DNA of 64,000 nt from an uncultured bacterium (GTDB taxonomy: Bacteria > Hydrothermota > Tepidihabitantia > SM23-42): the NCBI GenBank assembly GCA_964419565.1, contig CAYQPW010000001.1:88754-152753 (forward strand), given 5' to 3'. The translations under genes were made by a program, and so were the position numbers. This document shows, one piece after another, positions 29,176-36,818 of this stretch. Position 1 is the first letter of the stretch. Every line of letters begins with the position of its first letter. A model generated the notes under the pieces. It ran no database searches. It saw only the letters and a program-made list of their open reading frames with translations, and was not told where the DNA came from.

Positions 29176-30741
29176 TTAAAATATCCCTTTGATGACGACT
29201 GGTTTTGTAAAGAGGGTTGATTCAGAAACCGACAGGACCGCTTTATCCTGACTGAACACCGCGGTCACTTTATAATCATTGATGTTTGCTATTTCATTTA
29301 TTTCGATCGACAGTGTCGTGTCATTCATCCACATGCCGCGTGCTCCCACGGGCAAGCCATAGGCACCGCTTTCTGACATGGCATATATACCGCCCATACG
29401 AATGCGCAGGATCTGCTCGGCTCCGGCTCTTTTCATTTTTAGATCAGCATACTGCGGATCAATGAACGTTATATTGATACTCTCCAGTTCCAATGGATTT
29501 TGTTCAAGGGTCAGGGTTTTACCAGAGATGACCTGGGCCACTATTGGAAACTGTATCATGGCTAGCCAGGCTGGTTCTGTTTTAACCTGGCTAATAATAG
29601 CCTGCAGGTGTTGAAAGGCTGCTTGGTTTTCAGGCAGTGCATTTTGTGCACTGATAGTTGCGATAAGATGTTCAGCTATTATACCCTGGTCAAAACCCCC
29701 GCCCGTAAAGACAATGATTATATTTTGCTCCGGCCAGATAATGATATGCTGACCACCGCGACCATTTGCTTCGTATATTCCTTGGAGTTTGCCTGAAATC
29801 ACCCACCACCCATAAGAATAATCGATGTGTATGTCTCCAGGAGGTCCAGGGACATCTACCTGATGCTGCCTGGATTTGGCGACCCAGTCTGGACCGATTA
29901 ACTGTTTTCCTTCCCATACTCCATTATTAATGAGCAAATAGCCGAGCTTGGCCATGTCGCGCGGATGCAGTTTAAGATCGCCCCAACCGTGACTATTCCC
30001 TTTTGGGTCTTCAGGCCAGACAAAATCATTTATGCCGAGCGGTTTAAAAAGGTTTTCCCGGGCAAAATCAGCCATTCTCATGCCCGTTGCCCGGCTTATT
30101 ATCATTGAAAGAAGGTGAAAGTTGCAGCTGTTATACCCGAAATGCATCCCCGGCTCATATACCGACGGTAAATCCAGGATGTACTCGAGCCAATCATCTT
30201 CGGTGAACATGCCAAAGAGTGTGGCTTCGGCAAATATCGAACGGGTCGGGTCACTGTTTACCAATTCCAACCCAGAGGTCATCGTGACAAGATCTTTTAT
30301 TGTAAGGTGTTCTTTGGGTGTATTCTTAAAAAACGAATCATATTCAGGAAAAAAATCTTTGACCAGCACGTGTTCATCTCTGATCAAACCTTTATTGATA
30401 GCTGCACCAACGAGTACAGAAGTCACGCTCTTGGTGACTGATGCGATGTCGTGTACGGTGCTGCCGTCGTACGGGTAAAAATAAACTTCAGTCACCAGAT
30501 AGCCGTTGCGCGCGATGTGCATGCTGTGCACAGGTATTGAATTTGTCTGAATATATTCGATCATTTCCGCGATCTTTTCAGAATCCATGCCCTGTTTTTC
30601 AGGCGTTGAGGTCTGCCATCGGGACGTTGGCCAGTAATCAGGTGCTTGGAAAGCGGATCTTGTCTTTGGTGTTTTGCACCCACCAACAAATACCATTATT
30701 ATAATAAATAATAACACAGATACGACATATAATTTTTTCAT
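29176..30741 (-). CDS. beta-lactamase-fold serine hydrolase (class C / PBP4-like family), lipoprotein
   Basis: Lipobox ...VFVGGC. SxxK motif ...IASVTKSVTSVLVG... 521 aa. Confidence 0.75.
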   Translation of the reverse strand: MKKLYVVSVLLFIIIMVFVGGCKTPKTRSAFQAPDYWPTSRWQTSTPEKQGMDSEKIAEMIEYIQTNSIPVHSMHIARNGYLVTEVYFYPYDGSTVHDIASVTKSVTSVLVGAAINKGLIRDEHVLVKDFFPEYDSFFKNTPKEHLTIKDLVTMTSGLELVNSDPTRSIFAEATLFGMFTEDDWLEYILDLPSVYEPGMHFGYNSCNFHLLSMIISRATGMRMADFARENLFKPLGINDFVWPEDPKGNSHGWGDLKLHPRDMAKLGYLLINNGVWEGKQLIGPDWVAKSRQHQVDVPGPPGDIHIDYSYGWWVISGKLQGIYEANGRGGQHIIIWPEQNIIIVFTGGGFDQGIIAEHLIATISAQNALPENQAAFQHLQAIISQVKTEPAWLAMIQFPIVAQVISGKTLTLEQNPLELESINITFIDPQYADLKMKRAGAEQILRIRMGGIYAMSESGAYGLPVGARGMWMNDTTLSIEINEIANINDYKVTAVFSQDKAVLSVSESTLFTKPVVIKGIF

Positions 30742-30799
30742 GATGCTGCATTATAACTGACAATAATACCGTGTCAAGCAAAGTCAGAGCCTGACTCAT

Positions 30800-30990
30800 C
30801 TCAATCTTATTTTGTCCTTTAATAACTCAATTATTTAATGACTTAATAACTGCTCTTTTACGAATACGATTCTCCAGGAACGAAGTGACATGTCTCCAGC
30901 ATCAGCGTGTCTTCAGGTTTCGATAGAAACCATGTCTTCAGACTTGTTGTTTAGTTGTGTATTCAGTTACTGCCTTTACTTGACAATCCT
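30800..30990 (-). repeat. mosaic intergenic repeat element, copy 3 (core in inverted orientation relative to 42700-42760)
   Basis: caggaacgaagtgacatgtctccagcatcagcgtgtcttcag is the reverse complement of ~42712-42750 at ~90% identity. Also ...tatttaatgacttaataactgctcttttacgaatacgatt... related to 42880-42940 and 43910-43940. Boundaries approximate. Confidence 0.55.
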
Positions 30991-31007
30991 TATTGTGCCA
31001 TTATAAT
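30980..31007 (+). promoter_or_regulatory. consensus sigma-70 promoter TTGACA-N16-TATAAT for the propeller/T9SS gene
   Basis: TTGACA 30980-30985, TATAAT 31002-31007. GGAGG RBS before the ATG at 31024. Confidence 0.5.
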
Positions 31008-31023
31008 AGCTTAAGGAGGAAGT

Positions 31024-32313
31024 ATGTTATATAAAAAGTTGTTTGTAATTCTAATATTTTTACCGGTCATGATATTTGCTCAGGTCAATTTCACCAGGAA
31101 TGTCATCGACAGCACGACGATCAGCTTGCCGTATGATGTAATGGCTCTTGACCTTGACCAGGATAATGATATCGATGTGCTTGCGGCTATTGCCGGTGAC
31201 AATCAGGTTGTCTGGTGGGAGAACGACGGGAGCGAGAACTTCACAAGACATTTGCTCGCCGACAGCGTTGATTTTGCCAATTCAGTATACTACATCGATA
31301 TGGAACCAGACGGCGATATCGACGTTGTCAGTACATCTCAGTCACATGCTGAAGTTTTGTGGTTTGAAAATGATGGGAGCGAGAATTTCACAAAACATCT
31401 CATAACAAATACCTTCACCAATGCACAGTCAGTTTTTGCTGTCGATCTTGATGAAGATGGTGACGGTGATGTGTTGGCCCCATCATTTCAGATCGATTGT
31501 ATTGTCTGGTGGGAGAATGACGGCAGCGAGAACTTCACCGCCGATACGATCGAGTCGAATTATGATGCTGCGTCCTGGGTTATTGCCGATGATCTCGACG
31601 ATGACAATGATATCGATGTTATCGGTACTGCTTATCAGGCGCATGATTTATCCTGGTGGGAGAACGACGGCAGCGAGAATTTTACCAGACATCCGCTCGG
31701 CACGGTCATTGGCGCGCTTTCACCATGCGCTATTGACGTAGAGCCGGACGGCGACAAGGATCTCGTCGTCGCTGCATATCTTAGTAATTCCATATACTGG
31801 TTTGAGAACGATGGCAGTGAAAACTTCACGCAGCACACGATCGATAATGCATTCGGCGGTGTCTGGGGTATTGACGCAGCAGACCTCGATAATGACAATG
31901 ATGCCGACGTTATCGGTACCGCAGCTGTTGACGATGACCTTTCCTGGTGGGAGAACGACGGCAGCGAGAACTTTACCGAACATGTCCTCGATGCCAACCT
32001 CGACGGTGCGATCACGGTTTTTGCTTGTGATATTGACCAGGATACAGATCTCGATATCCTGTCCGGGGCGCGCGAAGCAAATGACATATCATGGTGGGAA
32101 AATGATCTGGTCGGTATTGAAGAACACCAATTTAGACCATATGACATTTCATGCGCGACGATAATTCGAGGTGCCCTGGTTTTACCCAAAGACAAAGTAT
32201 GCAGAGTTTTCGATATTACCGGACGTGAGATAGTTGATCAGTACCCCGCACCGGGAATTTATTTTGTCGAAATAGACAACGTAATTATTCAAAAAGTTGT
32301 GAAAATTCGGTAA
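31024..32313 (+). CDS. 7-bladed FG-GAP/VCBS-like beta-propeller repeat protein with T9SS C-terminal sorting domain
   Basis: Seven ~60-aa repeats, each D-D-DGD-D(V/I)...WWENDGSENFT.H. Signal peptide. C-terminus ...GIYFVEIDNVIIQKVVKIR. Confidence 0.8.
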   Translation: MLYKKLFVILIFLPVMIFAQVNFTRNVIDSTTISLPYDVMALDLDQDNDIDVLAAIAGDNQVVWWENDGSENFTRHLLADSVDFANSVYYIDMEPDGDIDVVSTSQSHAEVLWFENDGSENFTKHLITNTFTNAQSVFAVDLDEDGDGDVLAPSFQIDCIVWWENDGSENFTADTIESNYDAASWVIADDLDDDNDIDVIGTAYQAHDLSWWENDGSENFTRHPLGTVIGALSPCAIDVEPDGDKDLVVAAYLSNSIYWFENDGSENFTQHTIDNAFGGVWGIDAADLDNDNDADVIGTAAVDDDLSWWENDGSENFTEHVLDANLDGAITVFACDIDQDTDLDILSGAREANDISWWENDLVGIEEHQFRPYDISCATIIRGALVLPKDKVCRVFDITGREIVDQYPAPGIYFVEIDNVIIQKVVKIR

Positions 32314-32454
32314 GCACTTATGTCATTCCCCGACTCGATCGGGGAATCTAGTAATGCCATTCATATATGGATTATCCGGTCAAGCCGGATAATGACAAAC
32401 AATAACACAATGACTTCCCGCGCAGCGAAATCCTCCCCGTTGTATTATAACATT

Positions 32455-32520
32455 ACTATAGATATATGGAGCGAGGGCAGGCGATTTTCCGATATTATTT
32501 TCTAATATGAAAAATTGGGA
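32455..32520 (+). repeat. conserved ~65-nt intergenic element, copy 1 (copy 2 at 45713-45780)
   Basis: attactatagatatatggagcgagggcaggcgattttccgatattattttctaatatgaaaaattggg versus attactttagatatatggaacgagggcaggcgatttacctatgttttttctaatatgaaaaatcggtc, ~85% identity. Not preserved at peptide level. Confidence 0.6.
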
Positions 32521-32631
32521 CAATGACTTTCACCCTGTTCGACATGGACGTCGACTGCAGTGAAACCTTTTGTCCAAATCTTACGTATAATAAGCAATGA
32601 ATAACAATATTAGAAAGAATAAGGAGGTAAA

Positions 32632-33054
32632 ATGTTGAGTTTGATCAGTGCTATTTTATTAGCTGCAAATGTATTCTGTGTTCAGCCCATGGCTGATTAT
32701 GTCTCAGAAAATCAAGAGATCGGGAATTTGCCCGAAATAGTCATTACTGCCCCGAGGTATGAAGGTGAGGATATAGCTTATAGCGGAATGCTGCCAGAAA
32801 TACTCGTAACCGCGCCTCGAGGACCTGAAATAGGTATGCTCGACGAGATCGTTATTGCAGAACCGCGCTTTGAAGGTGAGGATATAGCTTACAGCGGGAT
32901 GTCGCCCGAGACCATAGTTACGGCAAAAAGGCATAGAATTACTCAGCCGGTCCTCACATTTATGCGTCTGGTAAGGCACGAAGTGCCTGTGCGCATAACC
33001 AGTCTGCTCATCGTTAAAAGACTCGATTCCCGCAATATCGGGTATTTAAACTAA
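32632..33054 (+). CDS. small secreted protein with internal repeats (140 aa), hypothetical
   Basis: AAGGAGG RBS, signal peptide. Repeated (E/P)EI(V/L)(I/V)TAPR.EGEDIAYSGM(L/S)PE units. Confidence 0.55.
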   Translation: MLSLISAILLAANVFCVQPMADYVSENQEIGNLPEIVITAPRYEGEDIAYSGMLPEILVTAPRGPEIGMLDEIVIAEPRFEGEDIAYSGMSPETIVTAKRHRITQPVLTFMRLVRHEVPVRITSLLIVKRLDSRNIGYLN

Positions 33055-33064
33055 AGTTAGCACC

Positions 33065-33098
33065 AAAAGCCCCTGCTTTGTGCAGGGGCTTTTTATTT
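33065..33098 (+). terminator. rho-independent terminator
   Basis: aaaa-GCCCCTGC-tttgt-GCAGGGGC-tttttatttc. Confidence 0.7.
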
Positions 33099-33144
33099 CA
33101 TAGCGAAAACCGCTTGACTAACGGGTAAAAACATGGCATATTAA

Positions 33145-36100
33145 ATGCATATCTATGATACGACCACAATTAACAGGCAAAGAATCTGTCCTATGAAGCC
33201 GAATAGTTTTCTTGATTCGATTTTCATAGGGCGTAAAAAAGAGATCACCTTACTCAAAAAAAAATTAAATGATGTCCTTGGAAATAACGGCAATTGCCTG
33301 TTTATAACAGGCGAAACGGGTATCGGTAAAACTCGTCTTGTCGATGAATTTATTTCAAAAGAGGCCGGTAATGCACTGGTTTTCAGGTTAGATGCAAAAT
33401 CACATACATCAAGCGCGCGAGATTTCTTTGCCGAGATCATCAGGCTATACCTGCAGAGGGTAAGCCACAATACACGGACGATAACAAAGGCTATCGACGA
33501 TCAAATGTATAATGAATTTGCCGACACGCTCCCTGAATTGAGTCTATACTATCCATATGAAGCTAAAACACGAGATAAAGCAATTACCGGATCTGAAATG
33601 AATGCTTTGTTTTATCGTTTTTTGTCGAATACAACAGACCTTGCCCCGGTTATTTTGATCATTGATGATTTTCATGAATCAGCTTGTGATGTCCGGGATT
33701 TGCTTGAATACCTACTCCAGCATATAGGAGATGGATCTGCTTTTTTAGTTCTCATTGCGCGTGAAAATCCGGCACTTTTGAAATGGTTTGATGAAGTTGA
33801 ATCACAATCAGTAGAGAGAATCGTCCTGCATCATCTTGATGAGGAAGAGTTAATGGATCTGAATGCCACCCTGTTCAAAAATGAGATGGATGAGATTTTC
33901 ATCAAATGGCTGTGCGCCAAGACCAAAGGTGTTCCTCTGTTTTTAAAAGAGTTTTTATACGCGATGTTCGAAAAGGGTATTATCTATTATGATAGTGAAA
34001 ATACGCGCTGGAAAACGATAAGTTCATATTTACAGATCGATATACCTGACCGGGTGACTGAGATGATCAAGTCGCGTTTTCAAAATCTCCCCGATGATAC
34101 CATCATCTTCCTCAAAGTCGCCTCAGTAATAGGAGATAATTTCGATCCGTCGATAACGGTCCTTAATGGGAAAAAGGCCATAATATCGTCGCTTCGGAGG
34201 ATGGGATTCATCACGAAAAAACATGATGAATATGTTTTTGCACACCCTTTGATCCGTGAAACTCTATATGAGCAGATACCAGCGCAGGAAAAGATAAAAC
34301 TCCATCACAAGATCGGTGATTTCTTCCTTGAACATGGCTATAAAAAACAAGCGGTCGAGCACTTGCTTTCTGCTCATGAAAAGAGCACCAGGGTATTGCA
34401 ACTACTTCTAAGGCTCGGTAAAGAGTCACGCCAGGCAGGTGATTATGCACGGAGTCATCATTATCTGGAAAATGCACTTTCTATTGCCCGTCAAAAAAAT
34501 AAGATAGCACCAAAAAAGCTCGTTGACATAATGCTCGATTTTTCGAAAAGCCTATTCCTCTATGAAAAATATGGTCAGTTTTTTGATCTATCAAAGACGA
34601 TTATTCCTTTTATTAAAAAACACCGGCTAAATGTCGATGATAAAAGACTTCTAAGTTATTATAATGAGTTAACTCAGGTACTCCGGCATCTCGGGAAATA
34701 TCAAGAGGCACTCAAAATGGTAAATAGAGGGTTACGACTGATCAGGAAGGTTAAAGCCGGTAAATTCGATGAGCTAGAACTTGAACTTGTCATGAACCGG
34801 GCTTTTTTGTTAAAGAATATGGGCAAGGTCGATAATGCCTTGCACCAGGTGCTCAAGATAAAAGAGATCTATGCTGACACTGCTTCTTCTTTTGATCGCT
34901 ATAATATCTACAGGTTATTAGGCTCGATATATAATGAAAAACACAACTTCAAAGAAGCGGTAACCTATCGTGAAACTGCCCTTGCTGCGGCGCAGGAAAC
35001 CCAGATAGGTCATATCATAGCAGCATCTTTAGGTAATCTCGGTGTTTCCTATGCAAATTCCGGTGAACTGACAAAGGGCATGGGTTATCTGCGGCAGTAT
35101 CAGAATTACAATATTCGTGCAGGCAGATTGAGAGCTGAGCTCGTATCGTATATACACATCGCACAGATATATTTTAACCAGGGTTATTTTCCCCGGGCAG
35201 AGAGCGAATTCAACAAAGGTATCAAGCGCTGGACTCGCTTTGGAACGCGTCTAAAAGAAGTGCAATACGAACTCGAGTACCGGTACGGGACTTTTCTGGT
35301 CGTTGATGAAAAATATGAAAAGGCACATGGACATCTCATGACTGCGCTCAAGCTGGCTGAGGAGTTTGATAATCAAACAGTGAAGATCTATCCGCTTTTA
35401 AACCTAGGGTGTCTGTATGTCGGTATTAAGGATAAAAAAAACTTGAATAGAACACTCAAAACGATCAGTGATAGTTTTAAAGATAGCGCAAAAAAATTTG
35501 CTACTTTCAATATCCTCCGCGGATTTCAGTCACTCTTTGAAAAGAAAAGAAAAAAGGGTCTCGAGCAAATAGAAAAAGGTCTGCAAATGCTACGGTCGAT
35601 GAAAAACATGACAGGTTTGTTTAGATTGTTATATCTTTGCATTATCTATTTAAAGGCAGGCAAAGCTGGTGAAAAAATAATACGGCAATATATGACCGAA
35701 GCGCGGGATATCGCTCAAAGATTGCATATGACCGGTTGGCTCGAGCGATTTGACGTTAAACAGAAAAAACCCGCTGCTCAGCCGCTCAAAATACATTGTT
35801 GCGGTTCTTTCCTTATTGAACACCCTGTGCACGGTTTGATCGGTGATGAACAATGGCAGCGCGCAAAGCCAAAGCAGCTATTATCAATATTGATCTCAAG
35901 CATGCTTACTGGCTTACGTGTCGACCGGGCCAAGATCGGTTCCATGCTCTGGCCTGAGTTATCAACGACAAAAATGATCAATAATTTCCACGTCTGCCTA
36001 CATCAACTCAAGGCGATAATCGGAAAACACTATATAAAGCACGTAAGAGGCGTATATAGACTCGAAAACGTATGGATCGATGTCGATAAATTCAAAGAGC

Positions 36101-36513
36101 TGACCCATGACGCCGAGATGCTATTTCAAGAGGGTAAGATCCATCTTGCCGAGATCAAACTCAAGGGAGCAATGGAGCTTTATCATGGTGATTTTCTTGA
36201 AAATACGTACGATCCCTGGGTCGAGGATGTTAGAAACACGTACGCTGCCTTGTACCGTGAGCGCATGTTAATGCTGGGCAGAATATATTTTAAGAAACTG
36301 AAATTTGAAAGTGCAATACAACTCGGCAAAACAATCTTAGCATCCGATCCTTTCGACGAAGAAGGGCACCGTTTTTTGATGCGTGCACACCTTGGCAGCG
36401 GCGAAAAGGCCAAAGCGATAAATCAATACAAAAAATGTGTTGAATTATTCAAAAGAGAACTCAATTGTCTGCCTTCAGAAGAGACCCAGCAAGTATATAA
36501 AAAACTCCTTTAA
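33145..36513 (+). CDS. STAND-type AAA ATPase - TPR - C-terminal SARP (OmpR-type wHTH + BTAD) transcriptional regulator
   Basis: P-loop ...FITGETGIGKTRLVDEF... (Walker A), long TPR-like middle region. C-terminal ...AKPKQLLSILI...GLRVDRAKIGSMLWPE... (wHTH) followed by ...LYHGDFL...DPWV...R...Y (BTAD). True start may be the ATG at 33193 (MKPNSFLDSIFIGRKKEI). Confidence 0.75.
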   Translation: MHIYDTTTINRQRICPMKPNSFLDSIFIGRKKEITLLKKKLNDVLGNNGNCLFITGETGIGKTRLVDEFISKEAGNALVFRLDAKSHTSSARDFFAEIIRLYLQRVSHNTRTITKAIDDQMYNEFADTLPELSLYYPYEAKTRDKAITGSEMNALFYRFLSNTTDLAPVILIIDDFHESACDVRDLLEYLLQHIGDGSAFLVLIARENPALLKWFDEVESQSVERIVLHHLDEEELMDLNATLFKNEMDEIFIKWLCAKTKGVPLFLKEFLYAMFEKGIIYYDSENTRWKTISSYLQIDIPDRVTEMIKSRFQNLPDDTIIFLKVASVIGDNFDPSITVLNGKKAIISSLRRMGFITKKHDEYVFAHPLIRETLYEQIPAQEKIKLHHKIGDFFLEHGYKKQAVEHLLSAHEKSTRVLQLLLRLGKESRQAGDYARSHHYLENALSIARQKNKIAPKKLVDIMLDFSKSLFLYEKYGQFFDLSKTIIPFIKKHRLNVDDKRLLSYYNELTQVLRHLGKYQEALKMVNRGLRLIRKVKAGKFDELELELVMNRAFLLKNMGKVDNALHQVLKIKEIYADTASSFDRYNIYRLLGSIYNEKHNFKEAVTYRETALAAAQETQIGHIIAASLGNLGVSYANSGELTKGMGYLRQYQNYNIRAGRLRAELVSYIHIAQIYFNQGYFPRAESEFNKGIKRWTRFGTRLKEVQYELEYRYGTFLVVDEKYEKAHGHLMTALKLAEEFDNQTVKIYPLLNLGCLYVGIKDKKNLNRTLKTISDSFKDSAKKFATFNILRGFQSLFEKKRKKGLEQIEKGLQMLRSMKNMTGLFRLLYLCIIYLKAGKAGEKIIRQYMTEARDIAQRLHMTGWLERFDVKQKKPAAQPLKIHCCGSFLIEHPVHGLIGDEQWQRAKPKQLLSILISSMLTGLRVDRAKIGSMLWPELSTTKMINNFHVCLHQLKAIIGKHYIKHVRGVYRLENVWIDVDKFKELTHDAEMLFQEGKIHLAEIKLKGAMELYHGDFLENTYDPWVEDVRNTYAALYRERMLMLGRIYFKKLKFESAIQLGKTILASDPFDEEGHRFLMRAHLGSGEKAKAINQYKKCVELFKRELNCLPSEETQQVYKKLL

Positions 36514-36600
36514 GCCACCCCAGTAGATCCCTGAAAGCGTTGTCAGTGTTTACTTTAAGCATGTTAAGAGCGATGTTAAGAAGTCCCTGTATAATGATCT

Positions 36601-36798
36601 ATGAAAGAAATAATAGCGATTTGTTCAAAATGCGGTTTTGTTTCGGTTACAAAAAAAGAGAAGTATTGTCCCAATTGCGGATTAGAATTGATCAAAAAAT
36701 GCCCGTACTGTAAAGAACCGATCGATCATCCTATGGCGCAGTATTGTCCGGTCTGCGGGGCGATGTATACACAACCAAAAACCGTAAACCGGAGATAA
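36601..36798 (+). CDS. double zinc-ribbon protein (65 aa)
   Basis: Four CxxC pairs: CSKCG...CPNCG...CPYCK...CPVCG. Confidence 0.55.
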   Translation: MKEIIAICSKCGFVSVTKKEKYCPNCGLELIKKCPYCKEPIDHPMAQYCPVCGAMYTQPKTVNRR

Positions 36799-36818
36799 TG
36801 TTGGTAAGAGGAGGAAAC

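Noticed and set aside
31635-32195. 186-aa antisense ORF inside the propeller gene
   Set aside because: A repeat-driven shadow ORF. The sense frame carries the 7-blade repeat and the T9SS tail.
32320-32505. 61-aa ORF ...DIWSEGRRFSDIIF covering conserved element copy 1 (and 45688-45870 covering copy 2)
   Set aside because: The conservation between the copies is at nucleotide level with frame-breaking indels and non-synonymous changes, so a conserved peptide is unlikely.
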